This document shows positions 9,703 to 18,961 of a stretch of DNA of 64,000 bases, in pieces; position 1 is the stretch's first letter, and every line of letters starts with the position of its first letter. The notes under the pieces were generated by a model. It was given only the letters and a program-made list of their open reading frames with translations. It had not been told where the DNA came from and did not search any database. The DNA is from Candidatus Poseidoniaceae archaeon (GTDB taxonomy: Archaea; Thermoplasmatota; Poseidoniia; Poseidoniales; Poseidoniaceae). Both the position numbers and the translations under genes were made by a program. The DNA lies in the NCBI GenBank assembly GCA_028353405.1, contig JAOMOG010000002.1, positions 1,514 to 65,513 on the forward strand, in the 5' to 3' direction.

Positions 9703-11061
9703 TCAATACAAATAGAATGCTGGGAAAATTAATACCCAAGCTAAATCGACAAAGTGCCAGTACAATCCAAAGTACTCAATACCTTGCGCATTATCCTTAT
9801 CATAGCCAACAGTGTCAGCTTTGAATACAAGATATATCATGATAAGCAGTCCAATGAAGACGTGCAATCCGTGTGCTCCAGTTGCGATATAGAATATTGA
9901 ACCTGCTTGAGAGGTACTTACAGTAAATCCTTCAGCAACCAAGTGAGACCACTCAACTAATTTCAATACGATGAACAGTGAACCTAGCATTAGAGTGGCG
10001 AATAAGAAATTTCTAACAGTTTTCTTTTGGTCAGGGAAAACAACTTTCATTATTGGTTGTGGAATAAACTTGGTAATGAAATTATCAGGGCGACTCCAAT
10101 CATGTGCCTTTGCAGTCTTTAGAGCAATGACAATAGTGTAAGACGAGATAATTAGAGCAAATGTATTGATTCCTCCCGGAAGCATAGTCCAGAAGTCTCC
10201 AGTACCAGTTGCACCACCTGGTCTCAAATAATCAGAAGCGGTCAAGATATCATAGCCAGTAGCATCAGAAGCGCACATATCATTGTCCCATGCCCACTTT
10301 GTACACCATCCAGTACGCATACGTAGGTATGATGAGAAGAAAGTTGCGAAAATCATTATTTCAGACATAATGAAGACCCAAATTCCAGCCTTACGAATGT
10401 GCTCACCTTCAAACGGTGCAGAAGTAGCAATTTGTTCTCCATATCCATTGAATGGCAAATCCTCTTTCCACCAATTCCCAACACCTATGATGATGATTAG
10501 TAGTCCGGTTACGCCGATTACCATTTCACCGATTACTGCATCAGTTCCTGTTAGCAGTTCGGTTATAGTATTTGAAAAACCAGGGAATCCAATCATGAAT
10601 AGCATGATACCAAAGGTGAAAATAATCGGTGAAGCAGAGCCGTGATGTTCATGTTCATCATCACTATGTTCAGCATCTGCTTGTAGTGAATTAATCAAAC
10701 CACCAATTCCGATGAATGAGGCGAAAATAATACTCATTACCAATATCGTATTTCCGGAGACCTTCCAATTAAGGTAAGATAAATGCGCATCCACTTCATG
10801 ATGGTGCGCCTTTTCCATTTCTAAGTATAATTCGTCGTAGTGATCCCCTTCAACAGAATTTCCAGCAGCAACAGATTCCTTGTAATCATCTTCAGCGTGG
10901 TGGTAGTGATCAACCGCATCCATGTACTCGTCATGAGCAGGTCCAGCCAGTGCAACACCTAGAATACTGAAAGCAATAATTCCGAAAGTAAGGAATCCTC
11001 CAGCATATAGTAAAGCGTGCACCCAAATTGAATTTTTTATATCCGCTCCGTGGCCGCTCAT
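9703..11061 (-). CDS. coxC: Heme-copper oxidase subunit III with N-terminal His-rich extension
   Basis: GIWVFIMSEIMIFATFF, INTFALIISS, FYIATGAHGLHV, GLYWHFVDLAW motifs. Confidence 0.93.
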   Translation of the reverse strand: MSGHGADIKNSIWVHALLYAGGFLTFGIIAFSILGVALAGPAHDEYMDAVDHYHHAEDDYKESVAAGNSVEGDHYDELYLEMEKAHHHEVDAHLSYLNWKVSGNTILVMSIIFASFIGIGGLINSLQADAEHSDDEHEHHGSASPIIFTFGIMLFMIGFPGFSNTITELLTGTDAVIGEMVIGVTGLLIIIIGVGNWWKEDLPFNGYGEQIATSAPFEGEHIRKAGIWVFIMSEIMIFATFFSSYLRMRTGWCTKWAWDNDMCASDATGYDILTASDYLRPGGATGTGDFWTMLPGGINTFALIISSYTIVIALKTAKAHDWSRPDNFITKFIPQPIMKVVFPDQKKTVRNFLFATLMLGSLFIVLKLVEWSHLVAEGFTVSTSQAGSIFYIATGAHGLHVFIGLLIMIYLVFKADTVGYDKDNAQGIEYFGLYWHFVDLAWVLIFPAFYLY

Positions 11062-13352
11062 ACATCCACCTCCTTTTTCTTAGCAGTCCACAACTTATCG
11101 CCGAGACTAGTTTCTGAATGGTGCCCGAATTCGATGTTCATATCTCCCTGAATCGGGTTGACGTCGAATGAAGGTGTAGGTGGAGGAGAGGTAGTTGACC
11201 ATTCGAGTGACCATCCGCCCCATGGATCTTTTCCACAAGGTTCTCCATGTCGAGAAGAGCGAATTAGATTCCATACTAGAATCAATTGACTTAGTCCAAA
11301 GATTATGGCAAAGATGGATATTACCATGTTGTATTCGGCAAAGCCACTCTCCATGGTATAGGAGTGAGTTCTACGTGGCATTCCCATTATTCCAAGTGCG
11401 TGCATTGGCCAAAATGTAGCGTTATATGAGATGAATCCAATGAGGAAGTGCCACATTCCAAGAGTCTCGTCCAACTTCTTGCCAGTTACCTTAGGGAACC
11501 AATAGTATAATCCTGAAAAGAGTGCGAAGACAGTACCACCGATGAACACATAATGGAAGTGAGCAACTACGTAGTAAGAGTCGTGGAAGTGAGTATCAAG
11601 TCCTGAAACAGGTAAGAACATACCAGAAATTCCACCGAGAGTGAATGTGATTAAGAATCCGAGAGACCACAATGTGTGAGCCTTCATTACCAATGAACCA
11701 CCCCATAGCGTTGCTAACCAATTGAATATCTTAGCACCGGTAGGAATTGCAACAGCCATTGTTGTGATCATGAAAATACCTCTCCACATTGGATCCATAC
11801 CTGATGTTAGCATATGGTGTCCCCACACAATGAAACCAACGACACCGATTCCAGCCATTGCGATGACCATTGACTTGTAGCCGAAAATAGAACGCCTCGC
11901 CGAAGTTGCTAACACTTCAGAAACAATTCCGAAAGCGGGTACTATGACAACGTAAACTTCGGGGTGTCCGAAGAACCAGAACAGGTGCTGGAATAGTAGC
12001 GGGTCTCCACCACTGGTGAAGAATACAGTTCCAATTGTATGGTCGAACAATAAGAAGAAAACTCCGATAATGAATGCTGGAAGTGACATATATAGCATGA
12101 AAACAGATACGAATACCGACCATGTAAACAATGGCATCTTCATCCAATCAACACCCTTTGCTCGCATAGTGAATACGGTTGTGATAAAGTTAACACCACT
12201 GAGGGTTGAAGAAGCACCGAGCATAGCCATACCGGAGATGAAAGCAGTAGTTCCAATACTTGACCCATACTGTGACATTGATTCTCCTAGAGCTCCAGCA
12301 GTCAAAGAGGAATATGGTGGGTACATTACCCATGTGATGTCGGCAGCATCACCAGACCAAATACCAGTGTAAATTAGTGGTGTAGAGAATACGAGCATCC
12401 ACAATCCCATTGCATTGATTCTTGGGAATGCCAAATCCTTAGCTCCAATTTGTAGGGGCAAGACATAATTCATGAATCCAGCAATCATAGGCATAGCTGC
12501 TAAGAAAATCATCGTTGTACCATGTAAAGTAAAGAATGAATTGTATTCTGATTCAGTCAAGAAATTGTTTTCTGGCAAAGCCAATTGAATGCGGAATAGA
12601 AGTGCCAGCACTCCTCCAACAAGGAAGAATGTGAAACCAAACAAGAAGTATAGGATTCCAACTTCTTTGTGATCCGTTGTCGTTAGCCATGGTTTGATGT
12701 AAGCAAAGAATCGATTAACGCTGAAAGTTTCAGGAGAACGATTGTAAAAGACCCACATCAATCCAGCGAGGACTAAACCTAATGAAAGTCCAATAGAAGT
12801 GATTAGGATTACTAAAGAACGTGCTGCAGGTGCTAATGCGCCAGCATCAATACCCATACTGGTCATAGTGAATTCATTCCATTCATCGCCACCAGAGCCG
12901 TCTCCGCCATTAACTGCGTTTCCATAAATTATGAAATCAACTACAGCTTCTGAATCAGCAGGAGCCATCCATACAAATTCCCATTGGCGAACAGTGTTTG
13001 CCTCGTCTGTATGAGTTAGTGCTCCATCCATTTCTTGTGATAAAGTCGCATCTATTGAAGAAACAGTTCCTCCATTGGAGATTATTCTAAAGCCGCCCAT
13101 TCTACCGTTATCATCTGTAGCCCTTGCCAAATCATCATTGACAACGGTTACAGTAAATGAATAAGTTTCACTTGCATTGAATATACTTGGGAGTCCATCA
13201 ACCAACACTTGTGTGCTTGAAGATGGGCCACCGTGACAAGAACATCCGCCATCGGCTTGACTTCCAATTCCGCCTGGCATTGCGGTATAGGATGGTATTG
13301 CAACCAATGAAACCATTATCAGTCCAAGTAGTACTATTGCTCTTGTTCGCAT
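11058..13352 (-). CDS. coxA: Heme-copper oxidase subunit I (A1 type) fused to N-terminal Reeler-like domain
   Basis: TTTDHKEVG, TLHGTTMIF, FWFFGHPEVY (A1 signature), WGHH, VAHFHY, GMPRR; TGATG overlap with the subunit II stop. Confidence 0.96.
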   Translation of the reverse strand: MRTRAIVLLGLIMVSLVAIPSYTAMPGGIGSQADGGCSCHGGPSSSTQVLVDGLPSIFNASETYSFTVTVVNDDLARATDDNGRMGGFRIISNGGTVSSIDATLSQEMDGALTHTDEANTVRQWEFVWMAPADSEAVVDFIIYGNAVNGGDGSGGDEWNEFTMTSMGIDAGALAPAARSLVILITSIGLSLGLVLAGLMWVFYNRSPETFSVNRFFAYIKPWLTTTDHKEVGILYFLFGFTFFLVGGVLALLFRIQLALPENNFLTESEYNSFFTLHGTTMIFLAAMPMIAGFMNYVLPLQIGAKDLAFPRINAMGLWMLVFSTPLIYTGIWSGDAADITWVMYPPYSSLTAGALGESMSQYGSSIGTTAFISGMAMLGASSTLSGVNFITTVFTMRAKGVDWMKMPLFTWSVFVSVFMLYMSLPAFIIGVFFLLFDHTIGTVFFTSGGDPLLFQHLFWFFGHPEVYVVIVPAFGIVSEVLATSARRSIFGYKSMVIAMAGIGVVGFIVWGHHMLTSGMDPMWRGIFMITTMAVAIPTGAKIFNWLATLWGGSLVMKAHTLWSLGFLITFTLGGISGMFLPVSGLDTHFHDSYYVVAHFHYVFIGGTVFALFSGLYYWFPKVTGKKLDETLGMWHFLIGFISYNATFWPMHALGIMGMPRRTHSYTMESGFAEYNMVISIFAIIFGLSQLILVWNLIRSSRHGEPCGKDPWGGWSLEWSTTSPPPTPSFDVNPIQGDMNIEFGHHSETSLGDKLWTAKKKEVDV

Positions 13353-14341
13353 CAATTCTCACCTCCACTTGAACCTTCAGAGTCTGAAATCAGTTGTATT
13401 CCTACATCTTCGTCACATGTTTCACCATCTTTAGCAACAATGTCAATGTAGCCTACCATTTTGGAGTGACTTAAACCACAGAATTCAGCGCATCTAATAT
13501 CAAATGTCCCAACTCTGTCAGGTTCGAAAGTCATCACAGTTCCACCTTCTAGACCAGGTACAAGATCTTCTTTTGCACCCCATTCTGGGAGCCAGAAAGC
13601 ATGTTGAACTCCAGCATATACAGTATTTGATTCGTCATGAGGTCTTGAGAATAAAGTTAGAACAATATCTTCATCACATGGAACAACCAAATGTTCACTA
13701 GCAGCGGTTGAAAGTTGATGGCCGACAGGTAAATGTTCCCATGTGTGAAGCAGATTTCCATCAGCATCGGTTACTTTGACACTCTGATAAACAAAATAAT
13801 TACTTGCAAGGGCGATGCTAGTAGAATTTGATTCTAGATCAATTGCATAATCGGTTGCTTCTCCATCTTGAACGACAGTGGCATTAACTGCTGAAGATCC
13901 TAAAGTATTGATGGTAAGAGTTGTTGAACCGTCTTGCCATTCAACGTTAACATAGGTGGCCCTTGGGTCATCTTCCCAAGTCAATTCCTCAACATAATTG
14001 AATTCCCAAAACCATTGTTTTCCAACAATATCAATATCAAATGAGTCTTCATCAGCAGGGATATTCCAAACGGTATTGCTAGAAGATGTTGCAAGTACAG
14101 TCAGCCAAACAATAAGTATTGTTGGAACAACATAAAATGCGATTTCTAGGCGAGTATTATGTCTGTCGACCGGAAACGCTCCAACTTCAATATGGTCGGG
14201 ATTAAATTTCTCCGAACCGGGTTTAGCACGGTAGCGTAAAATAGAGTAAAATAATACACCAAAGGTGATTATTCCTACGATGTCTGACCAAAACATGAAC
14301 TTATCATATAGCACGGAGAAAACAGTGTCTTCAGCAATCAT
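13352..14341 (-). CDS. coxB: Cytochrome c oxidase subunit II (CuA)
   Basis: Two TMs, GKQWFWEFNY, VQHAFWLP, KEDLVPG, CAEFCGLSHSKM CuA ligands. Start is ATG 14341 or TTG 14359. Confidence 0.94.
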   Translation of the reverse strand: MIAEDTVFSVLYDKFMFWSDIVGIITFGVLFYSILRYRAKPGSEKFNPDHIEVGAFPVDRHNTRLEIAFYVVPTILIVWLTVLATSSSNTVWNIPADEDSFDIDIVGKQWFWEFNYVEELTWEDDPRATYVNVEWQDGSTTLTINTLGSSAVNATVVQDGEATDYAIDLESNSTSIALASNYFVYQSVKVTDADGNLLHTWEHLPVGHQLSTAASEHLVVPCDEDIVLTLFSRPHDESNTVYAGVQHAFWLPEWGAKEDLVPGLEGGTVMTFEPDRVGTFDIRCAEFCGLSHSKMVGYIDIVAKDGETCDEDVGIQLISDSEGSSGGEN

Positions 14342-14386
14342 TGTACCACCTTGTTCCAACCCCCGCGGAGGTCTAACTTAAGCATT

Positions 14387-14400
14387 TGTTGAGGTCAACA
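14387..14400. promoter_or_regulatory. Palindrome TGTTGA-GG-TCAACA upstream of the cox operon
   Basis: Perfect 6-bp inverted repeat just upstream of a TTAAG TATA-like element in the 190-bp AT-rich divergent spacer. Confidence 0.35.
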
Positions 14401-14578
14401 TAAAACTATATTAATTTCCATTGCCAATTAATTGCCCATAACACCATTTTATCTATATTTTTCAAACGAATTTAGTAAAATCGTATAGTGTGAATAAAAC
14501 CTAGCCGAATTTGATAATAATCGAGCAAATAATCTCCCTAACAAGGGTTCTTTGACTAGTATATCTGCGCAATGTGTG

Positions 14579-14905
14579 ATGGAGTTATCCGGATGTGTTC
14601 AAACCACCCTCGACGGGCGAGTTTTACTGGATATTGAAGTTCAACCAGGGTCCAGTCGGCAAGGTATTTTAGGAATAAATAAATGGCGTTCCAAACTAAC
14701 AGTCGCGGTCAAAGCAGAAGCCCAAAAAGGTAAGGCAAATGAAGCACTTTTGCACGTTTTGGCCAAATCACTATCATTGACAAAAGCAGATTTAGAAATA
14801 GTCTCTGGACAAATATCTCGCTCCAAGAGAGTCAGTGTCAAATCCATTACTACAAGCGATTTATTGGTACGATTGAATGATGCCTTAACACAACAAGGTG
14901 AATAG
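14579..14905 (+). CDS. DUF167/YggU family protein
   Basis: LDIEVQPGS, VAVKAEAQKGKANEALL, IVSGQISRSKRV pattern. Confidence 0.85.
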   Translation: MELSGCVQTTLDGRVLLDIEVQPGSSRQGILGINKWRSKLTVAVKAEAQKGKANEALLHVLAKSLSLTKADLEIVSGQISRSKRVSVKSITTSDLLVRLNDALTQQGE

Positions 14906-14906
14906 T

Positions 14907-15326
14907 ATGGCTGATGTTCAATTACGATTCAATTTAGCAGCACAAGCTCTGACAAGGTTATTGGAAGAAAATTCACTCGGAATACCAATAATAGTTGAAG
15001 GTAAAAAAGACACAAAGGCGTTGAGAGAACTTGGCTTTACTGGCACTATTGAACAATTGAACAGAGGATGGGATTTAGACCGTTTTTGTACCCATTTATT
15101 AGAGACTTATGGCACGAGAAATAGTGAAGGTGGTGCAGTACTTGAATTATTGATGGATTGGGATCGAACCGGTACAACATTACAAAAAAAATTGTTTATA
15201 AAATTACAATCTTTAGATGTAAAAGTTAGTCAAGAAGCTAGAAAGGTTCTCTCGCGAGCACTCAAGCCTGAAACTAGATACGTTGAATCGTTAAATTCAA
15301 TCGGACTTGAAGAATTTATTCAGTAG
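14907..15326 (+). CDS. Small TOPRIM-domain protein (RNase M5/primase-like)
   Basis: IIVEGKKD and LMDWDRTG (conserved E and DxD) motifs. Confidence 0.85.
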   Translation: MADVQLRFNLAAQALTRLLEENSLGIPIIVEGKKDTKALRELGFTGTIEQLNRGWDLDRFCTHLLETYGTRNSEGGAVLELLMDWDRTGTTLQKKLFIKLQSLDVKVSQEARKVLSRALKPETRYVESLNSIGLEEFIQ

Positions 15327-15780
15327 CGGGCTTTGGTAAGCCATCTTCCTTGACAGTGTTTAGAACCACGTGAGTGAAAGATCTTGCTACTCCATCTAGT
15401 GTAAAAACCGTCTTGGTAAGGTCATCTAAATCAGCACGATTCTTTACTCTCGCCAAGACCATGGAATCCCAATCGCCTGTTACATCGTATACTGCAAAGA
15501 CTCTCGGGTCTGAAGATATTACTTTCTGAACAGAAATCATCTTTCCCTTTTCTATTCTTAAACCGGCCATTATAGTCATACTCCAGCCAACCACTTCTGG
15601 GTCTAGGACAACTGAATATCCCTTTATTACTCCATTCTTTTCAAGTCTCTTCAACCGGTTTGTGATAGTACCTTGTGCAACTCCGACCGTCCTTGCTAAT
15701 TCCCTTTGAGAGGCTCGAGCATCTTGTAATAATTCAGCAATAATTGCTCTGTCGGTATCATCAAGTTCCATTTGGCTCAC
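15316..15780 (-). CDS. Lrp/AsnC family transcriptional regulator
   Basis: LDDTDRAIIAELLQDARAS..ELA..VGV wHTH, RLKRLEKNGVIKGY, YDVTGDWD RAM domain; start GTG 15780 after GAGGGG. Confidence 0.93.
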   Translation of the reverse strand: MSQMELDDTDRAIIAELLQDARASQRELARTVGVAQGTITNRLKRLEKNGVIKGYSVVLDPEVVGWSMTIMAGLRIEKGKMISVQKVISSDPRVFAVYDVTGDWDSMVLARVKNRADLDDLTKTVFTLDGVARSFTHVVLNTVKEDGLPKPATE

Positions 15781-15790
15781 AACCCCTCGC

Positions 15791-17080
15791 TCATTTCTCA
15801 TTGTCTTCAACACTTTGCAATTGATTTTCTTGTTCCCGTTGTGGTGGTGAAAGTCGTAAATGTTGCGTCCAACCACCCAATTCCTCAATCAGCATCGTCA
15901 AAGAAAAACTCAAATCTTCTGGATGTCCTTGCTTAAATGAGATATTGAGGTCATATTTACTATTTTCTTTAATTTCTAACTGCTTAAATCCCCCACGACT
16001 TTTCCATGGTTGTTGAATCTCAAGTTTAGTAACCGAGACCTTTTGATTTCCTGCTTCTATTGAAACCATTATTGCAGGGTTAGAAGTTTTCTTCCAACCA
16101 ACATTTATTTTGGGCATCCCTTTTTCTCTAATGGAGGCATTTGAATATACGATAAATGCGACTGCTGTAGTAAAAATAATCAGCATAATCGGCATTAAGA
16201 ACTTAGACGATTGTGGATTTGACCATTGGTTCGGAAGTGGAGAGTTATACAATGCAAGAAGGCCAGTTGATTCATCATCGCCTTCCACGCTGCCAATGAA
16301 TGCCAAAGTCAAATGCCATCCCAATGGATTTTCTTCTAAATCAATACCTGCAGCGATCAAATGTTCCTTTGGCATTATCCAGGTCGTATTGGTGATATTA
16401 TTTGCTTCAACAGAAAAACCGACTTCCGGCTTCATATCTCTTATCAAATTCTTAATCTGTCTTCCATGGATGTCCTCTGCATTATCTTCGCTGATGAAAA
16501 TGTATAGCATTGTATCATCACTCAAATTGACCATTGGTTCGAATTCGGCTTCAATCTTGATTTCATATTCACCTTGTTTATTTGTTGTTAAAATTATATC
16601 TCCAGACAATTCAATAACAACTTCTTGAACAGAAAAATCACTTGCTCGCTGTATTGCTTCATCAATATCTTGAAATTGCTCAATATTAGAATTCAATACA
16701 TATTGAGCCTGTTGTTGAGATTGTTGTTGCATTCCAAGTTGCCCAGCTCTTGCCTTTGCATCATCATCGGGCCAATCAGAGCCGGTCTCATCAGACCATT
16801 TCCACCAACTTAGGGGGAGGACATCATCTCTGACCTGATATTTCCTCCATAGATCTTGTTGTTGATCATCGTCTGCATTAGGAGTGTCTTCAATAAATTG
16901 TTCTACTAATACGATATTCTTGGAAAGAGGAGAAGGGATTGCAGCAGAGGCAAAAATAACTTCTTCAGGTTCGCTTTGAGCCGAAACAGATAATGTCAAC
17001 ACCGGGGCTAATAGGAACATCGAACAAACCAATACAATTAGCAATGAATGATAATATTCCTTAGTATTGGATATCATCAT
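15791..17080 (-). CDS. Hypothetical membrane protein (signal peptide, extracellular domain, TM, cytoplasmic beta domain)
   Basis: 429-aa ORF with N-terminal hydrophobic signal and TM FLMPIMLIIFTTAVAFIVY; packed between genes on the same strand. Confidence 0.7.
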   Translation of the reverse strand: MMISNTKEYYHSLLIVLVCSMFLLAPVLTLSVSAQSEPEEVIFASAAIPSPLSKNIVLVEQFIEDTPNADDDQQQDLWRKYQVRDDVLPLSWWKWSDETGSDWPDDDAKARAGQLGMQQQSQQQAQYVLNSNIEQFQDIDEAIQRASDFSVQEVVIELSGDIILTTNKQGEYEIKIEAEFEPMVNLSDDTMLYIFISEDNAEDIHGRQIKNLIRDMKPEVGFSVEANNITNTTWIMPKEHLIAAGIDLEENPLGWHLTLAFIGSVEGDDESTGLLALYNSPLPNQWSNPQSSKFLMPIMLIIFTTAVAFIVYSNASIREKGMPKINVGWKKTSNPAIMVSIEAGNQKVSVTKLEIQQPWKSRGGFKQLEIKENSKYDLNISFKQGHPEDLSFSLTMLIEELGGWTQHLRLSPPQREQENQLQSVEDNEK

Positions 17081-17089
17081 AGTTAGTCC

Positions 17090-18901
17090 TCATTCTTCCT
17101 CTTCCTCAAAAATGAAAGGTAAACCTAATTTCATTCGTAAAATATCTTTGCCAGTGTCGTCTATCATCATGGTAATTCTTGCACCAGACCATGCTGAAAC
17201 AACATGTTCAACTTCATTGATTACACACCCAAATAGTAGAGGTCCTGGTTCAGGGGCTTCAATTTCTAATTCTTCAACGAATTCTTCAATCAATGGCGCC
17301 CACCCTTGTAATAATCGTTTGAGAGTCTGCTGAGAAATGTTGAGTAGTACGTCACCCATATGTTGTTGGATAGCAGGAATTGATTCTTGCCTAGTGCGCC
17401 ATGTACCCTTTTTCTCAGTGAAAACAGGAAGGCCAACATGAATGATTTTCATTGGGTGAAAAGTTCCTTCCGGCCAAATATTTCCTTTCTTATTCGGGCA
17501 TTTCTGCATGAAGAGTCTCTCATATGCCATAACCGGAGCAATGTTTGTTCTTTTTCCGCGATGCCACCACGACCATCCAGGGTCATTTATTTTGTATCTT
17601 GATACCGCCTCATTAATTATTTCATCAGCAGCAGGGAAAACAGAATTCCGGTCCGGTCTCGGATGGTCCAACATTTTCGGTTGCCAAGTTGATTCGGAAG
17701 GTAAAGCGCGTTTGTGAATGAATGTGCGGGCAATACCTTCAGGGGTTGCATCTTTTTTATGGACAAACATTGCAACAAAGAATCCACTAGTATTGTTGTC
17801 TTGATGGCGTAATCTACGGCATAATGGTAATAGTGATTCAATTTCAAGTTCTCGATCAACATCGAAGTCTTCTTCTAAGTCAATATTTTTTGATAATTCA
17901 ATTCGTTTCTGAGGAGACAAATGTGCTGGTTTTAGCAAGGGTAAATCTGGTAATTCTCCCTCAAAACTAACCTCTTTGCCTTGTTCATCTAAAATCTCCC
18001 AATCACTAATTCCTTTTTGTAAAGTTAGTCCTGGTACTAAACTTTCATCGATTGGAACTAATTGCAAATATGGTAATTGGCGTAATAATTCAGCAACAAC
18101 AGCTTCGTTTTCTACAGGGTCAATACTACAAGTTGACAACATCAATTTACCACCGGGTGCTAACAAACTTGCACCTCTTGCTACAATATCGACTTGCAAT
18201 TTGAACAAAGCGCGACCATTCTTAGGAGTCCATCTCCACCATAGGTTTCGGTTTTTACGTGTGGTTGCATTACCCGTGCAAGGAATATCAGCAACTATCG
18301 CATCAAAACCAGGAGGTGGAATTCTTCCTAGATGACGACCATCGTGTTGCGAGATCAACATATTACTCAGTGCCAAGCGCCCTCGATTACTAACTAGCAT
18401 ATTTAGGCGACCTGATACAGGTTCATTTGCAACAACGACACCACTTGGTGCAATTGTTTCCGCTATTTGAGTGGCCTTTGAACCAGGTGCTGCACACATA
18501 TCCAATACCAATTGGTCTGGTTGTGGTTGCAGCAATACCACGGGAAGCATACTAGCTGCTTCCTGTCTTGTAATCCGCCCCGAATCATGCAATATAGTCA
18601 TCTTGTGTTTTGAATTTTGATTGCCAGCCTTACCCCTTTCAAATGGCATTTGGAAAGCATTATCAGAACCAAGCCACGATAATTGAGAAGCACCCATATC
18701 TTGTATTTGTTGTATTGTCCAAGCCCTATCGTTTCTGTTTGATGTAATTCGCAGTGTCTCGGGAAGAGCAGTAGTTGCAACCTCTATCCATTGTTCCATT
18801 TGATAGCCAAGACTTTCAGCAAGACCTGCTAATGGAGATGATTTTGCTGCATCGAGGAGTTCCTCATCGTGCCAACGGTCAGTCCCCATTAGCAGCGCCA
18901 T
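17090..18901 (-). CDS. RsmB/NOL1/NSUN family RNA cytosine-C5 methyltransferase
   Basis: RQEAASMLP, VLDMCAAPGSK, DIPCTG (motif IV Cys), STCSIDPVENE (motif VI Cys), GFFVA. Confidence 0.92.
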   Translation of the reverse strand: MALLMGTDRWHDEELLDAAKSSPLAGLAESLGYQMEQWIEVATTALPETLRITSNRNDRAWTIQQIQDMGASQLSWLGSDNAFQMPFERGKAGNQNSKHKMTILHDSGRITRQEAASMLPVVLLQPQPDQLVLDMCAAPGSKATQIAETIAPSGVVVANEPVSGRLNMLVSNRGRLALSNMLISQHDGRHLGRIPPPGFDAIVADIPCTGNATTRKNRNLWWRWTPKNGRALFKLQVDIVARGASLLAPGGKLMLSTCSIDPVENEAVVAELLRQLPYLQLVPIDESLVPGLTLQKGISDWEILDEQGKEVSFEGELPDLPLLKPAHLSPQKRIELSKNIDLEEDFDVDRELEIESLLPLCRRLRHQDNNTSGFFVAMFVHKKDATPEGIARTFIHKRALPSESTWQPKMLDHPRPDRNSVFPAADEIINEAVSRYKINDPGWSWWHRGKRTNIAPVMAYERLFMQKCPNKKGNIWPEGTFHPMKIIHVGLPVFTEKKGTWRTRQESIPAIQQHMGDVLLNISQQTLKRLLQGWAPLIEEFVEELEIEAPEPGPLLFGCVINEVEHVVSAWSGARITMMIDDTGKDILRMKLGLPFIFEEEEE

Positions 18902-18961
18902 CACTTCTCCAGCCTCATAGTTTCCGCCATGCTCAAGGGCCGAATGCCTGTGCCACATACT

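Noticed and set aside
15781-15888. N-terminal extensions from upstream TTG/GTG starts in the ORF track (Lrp, FAH, PolB, HAD, ATPase, S8e, GINS)
   Set aside because: They overlap neighbouring genes or promoters; downstream starts fit family length and RBS or promoter spacing better.
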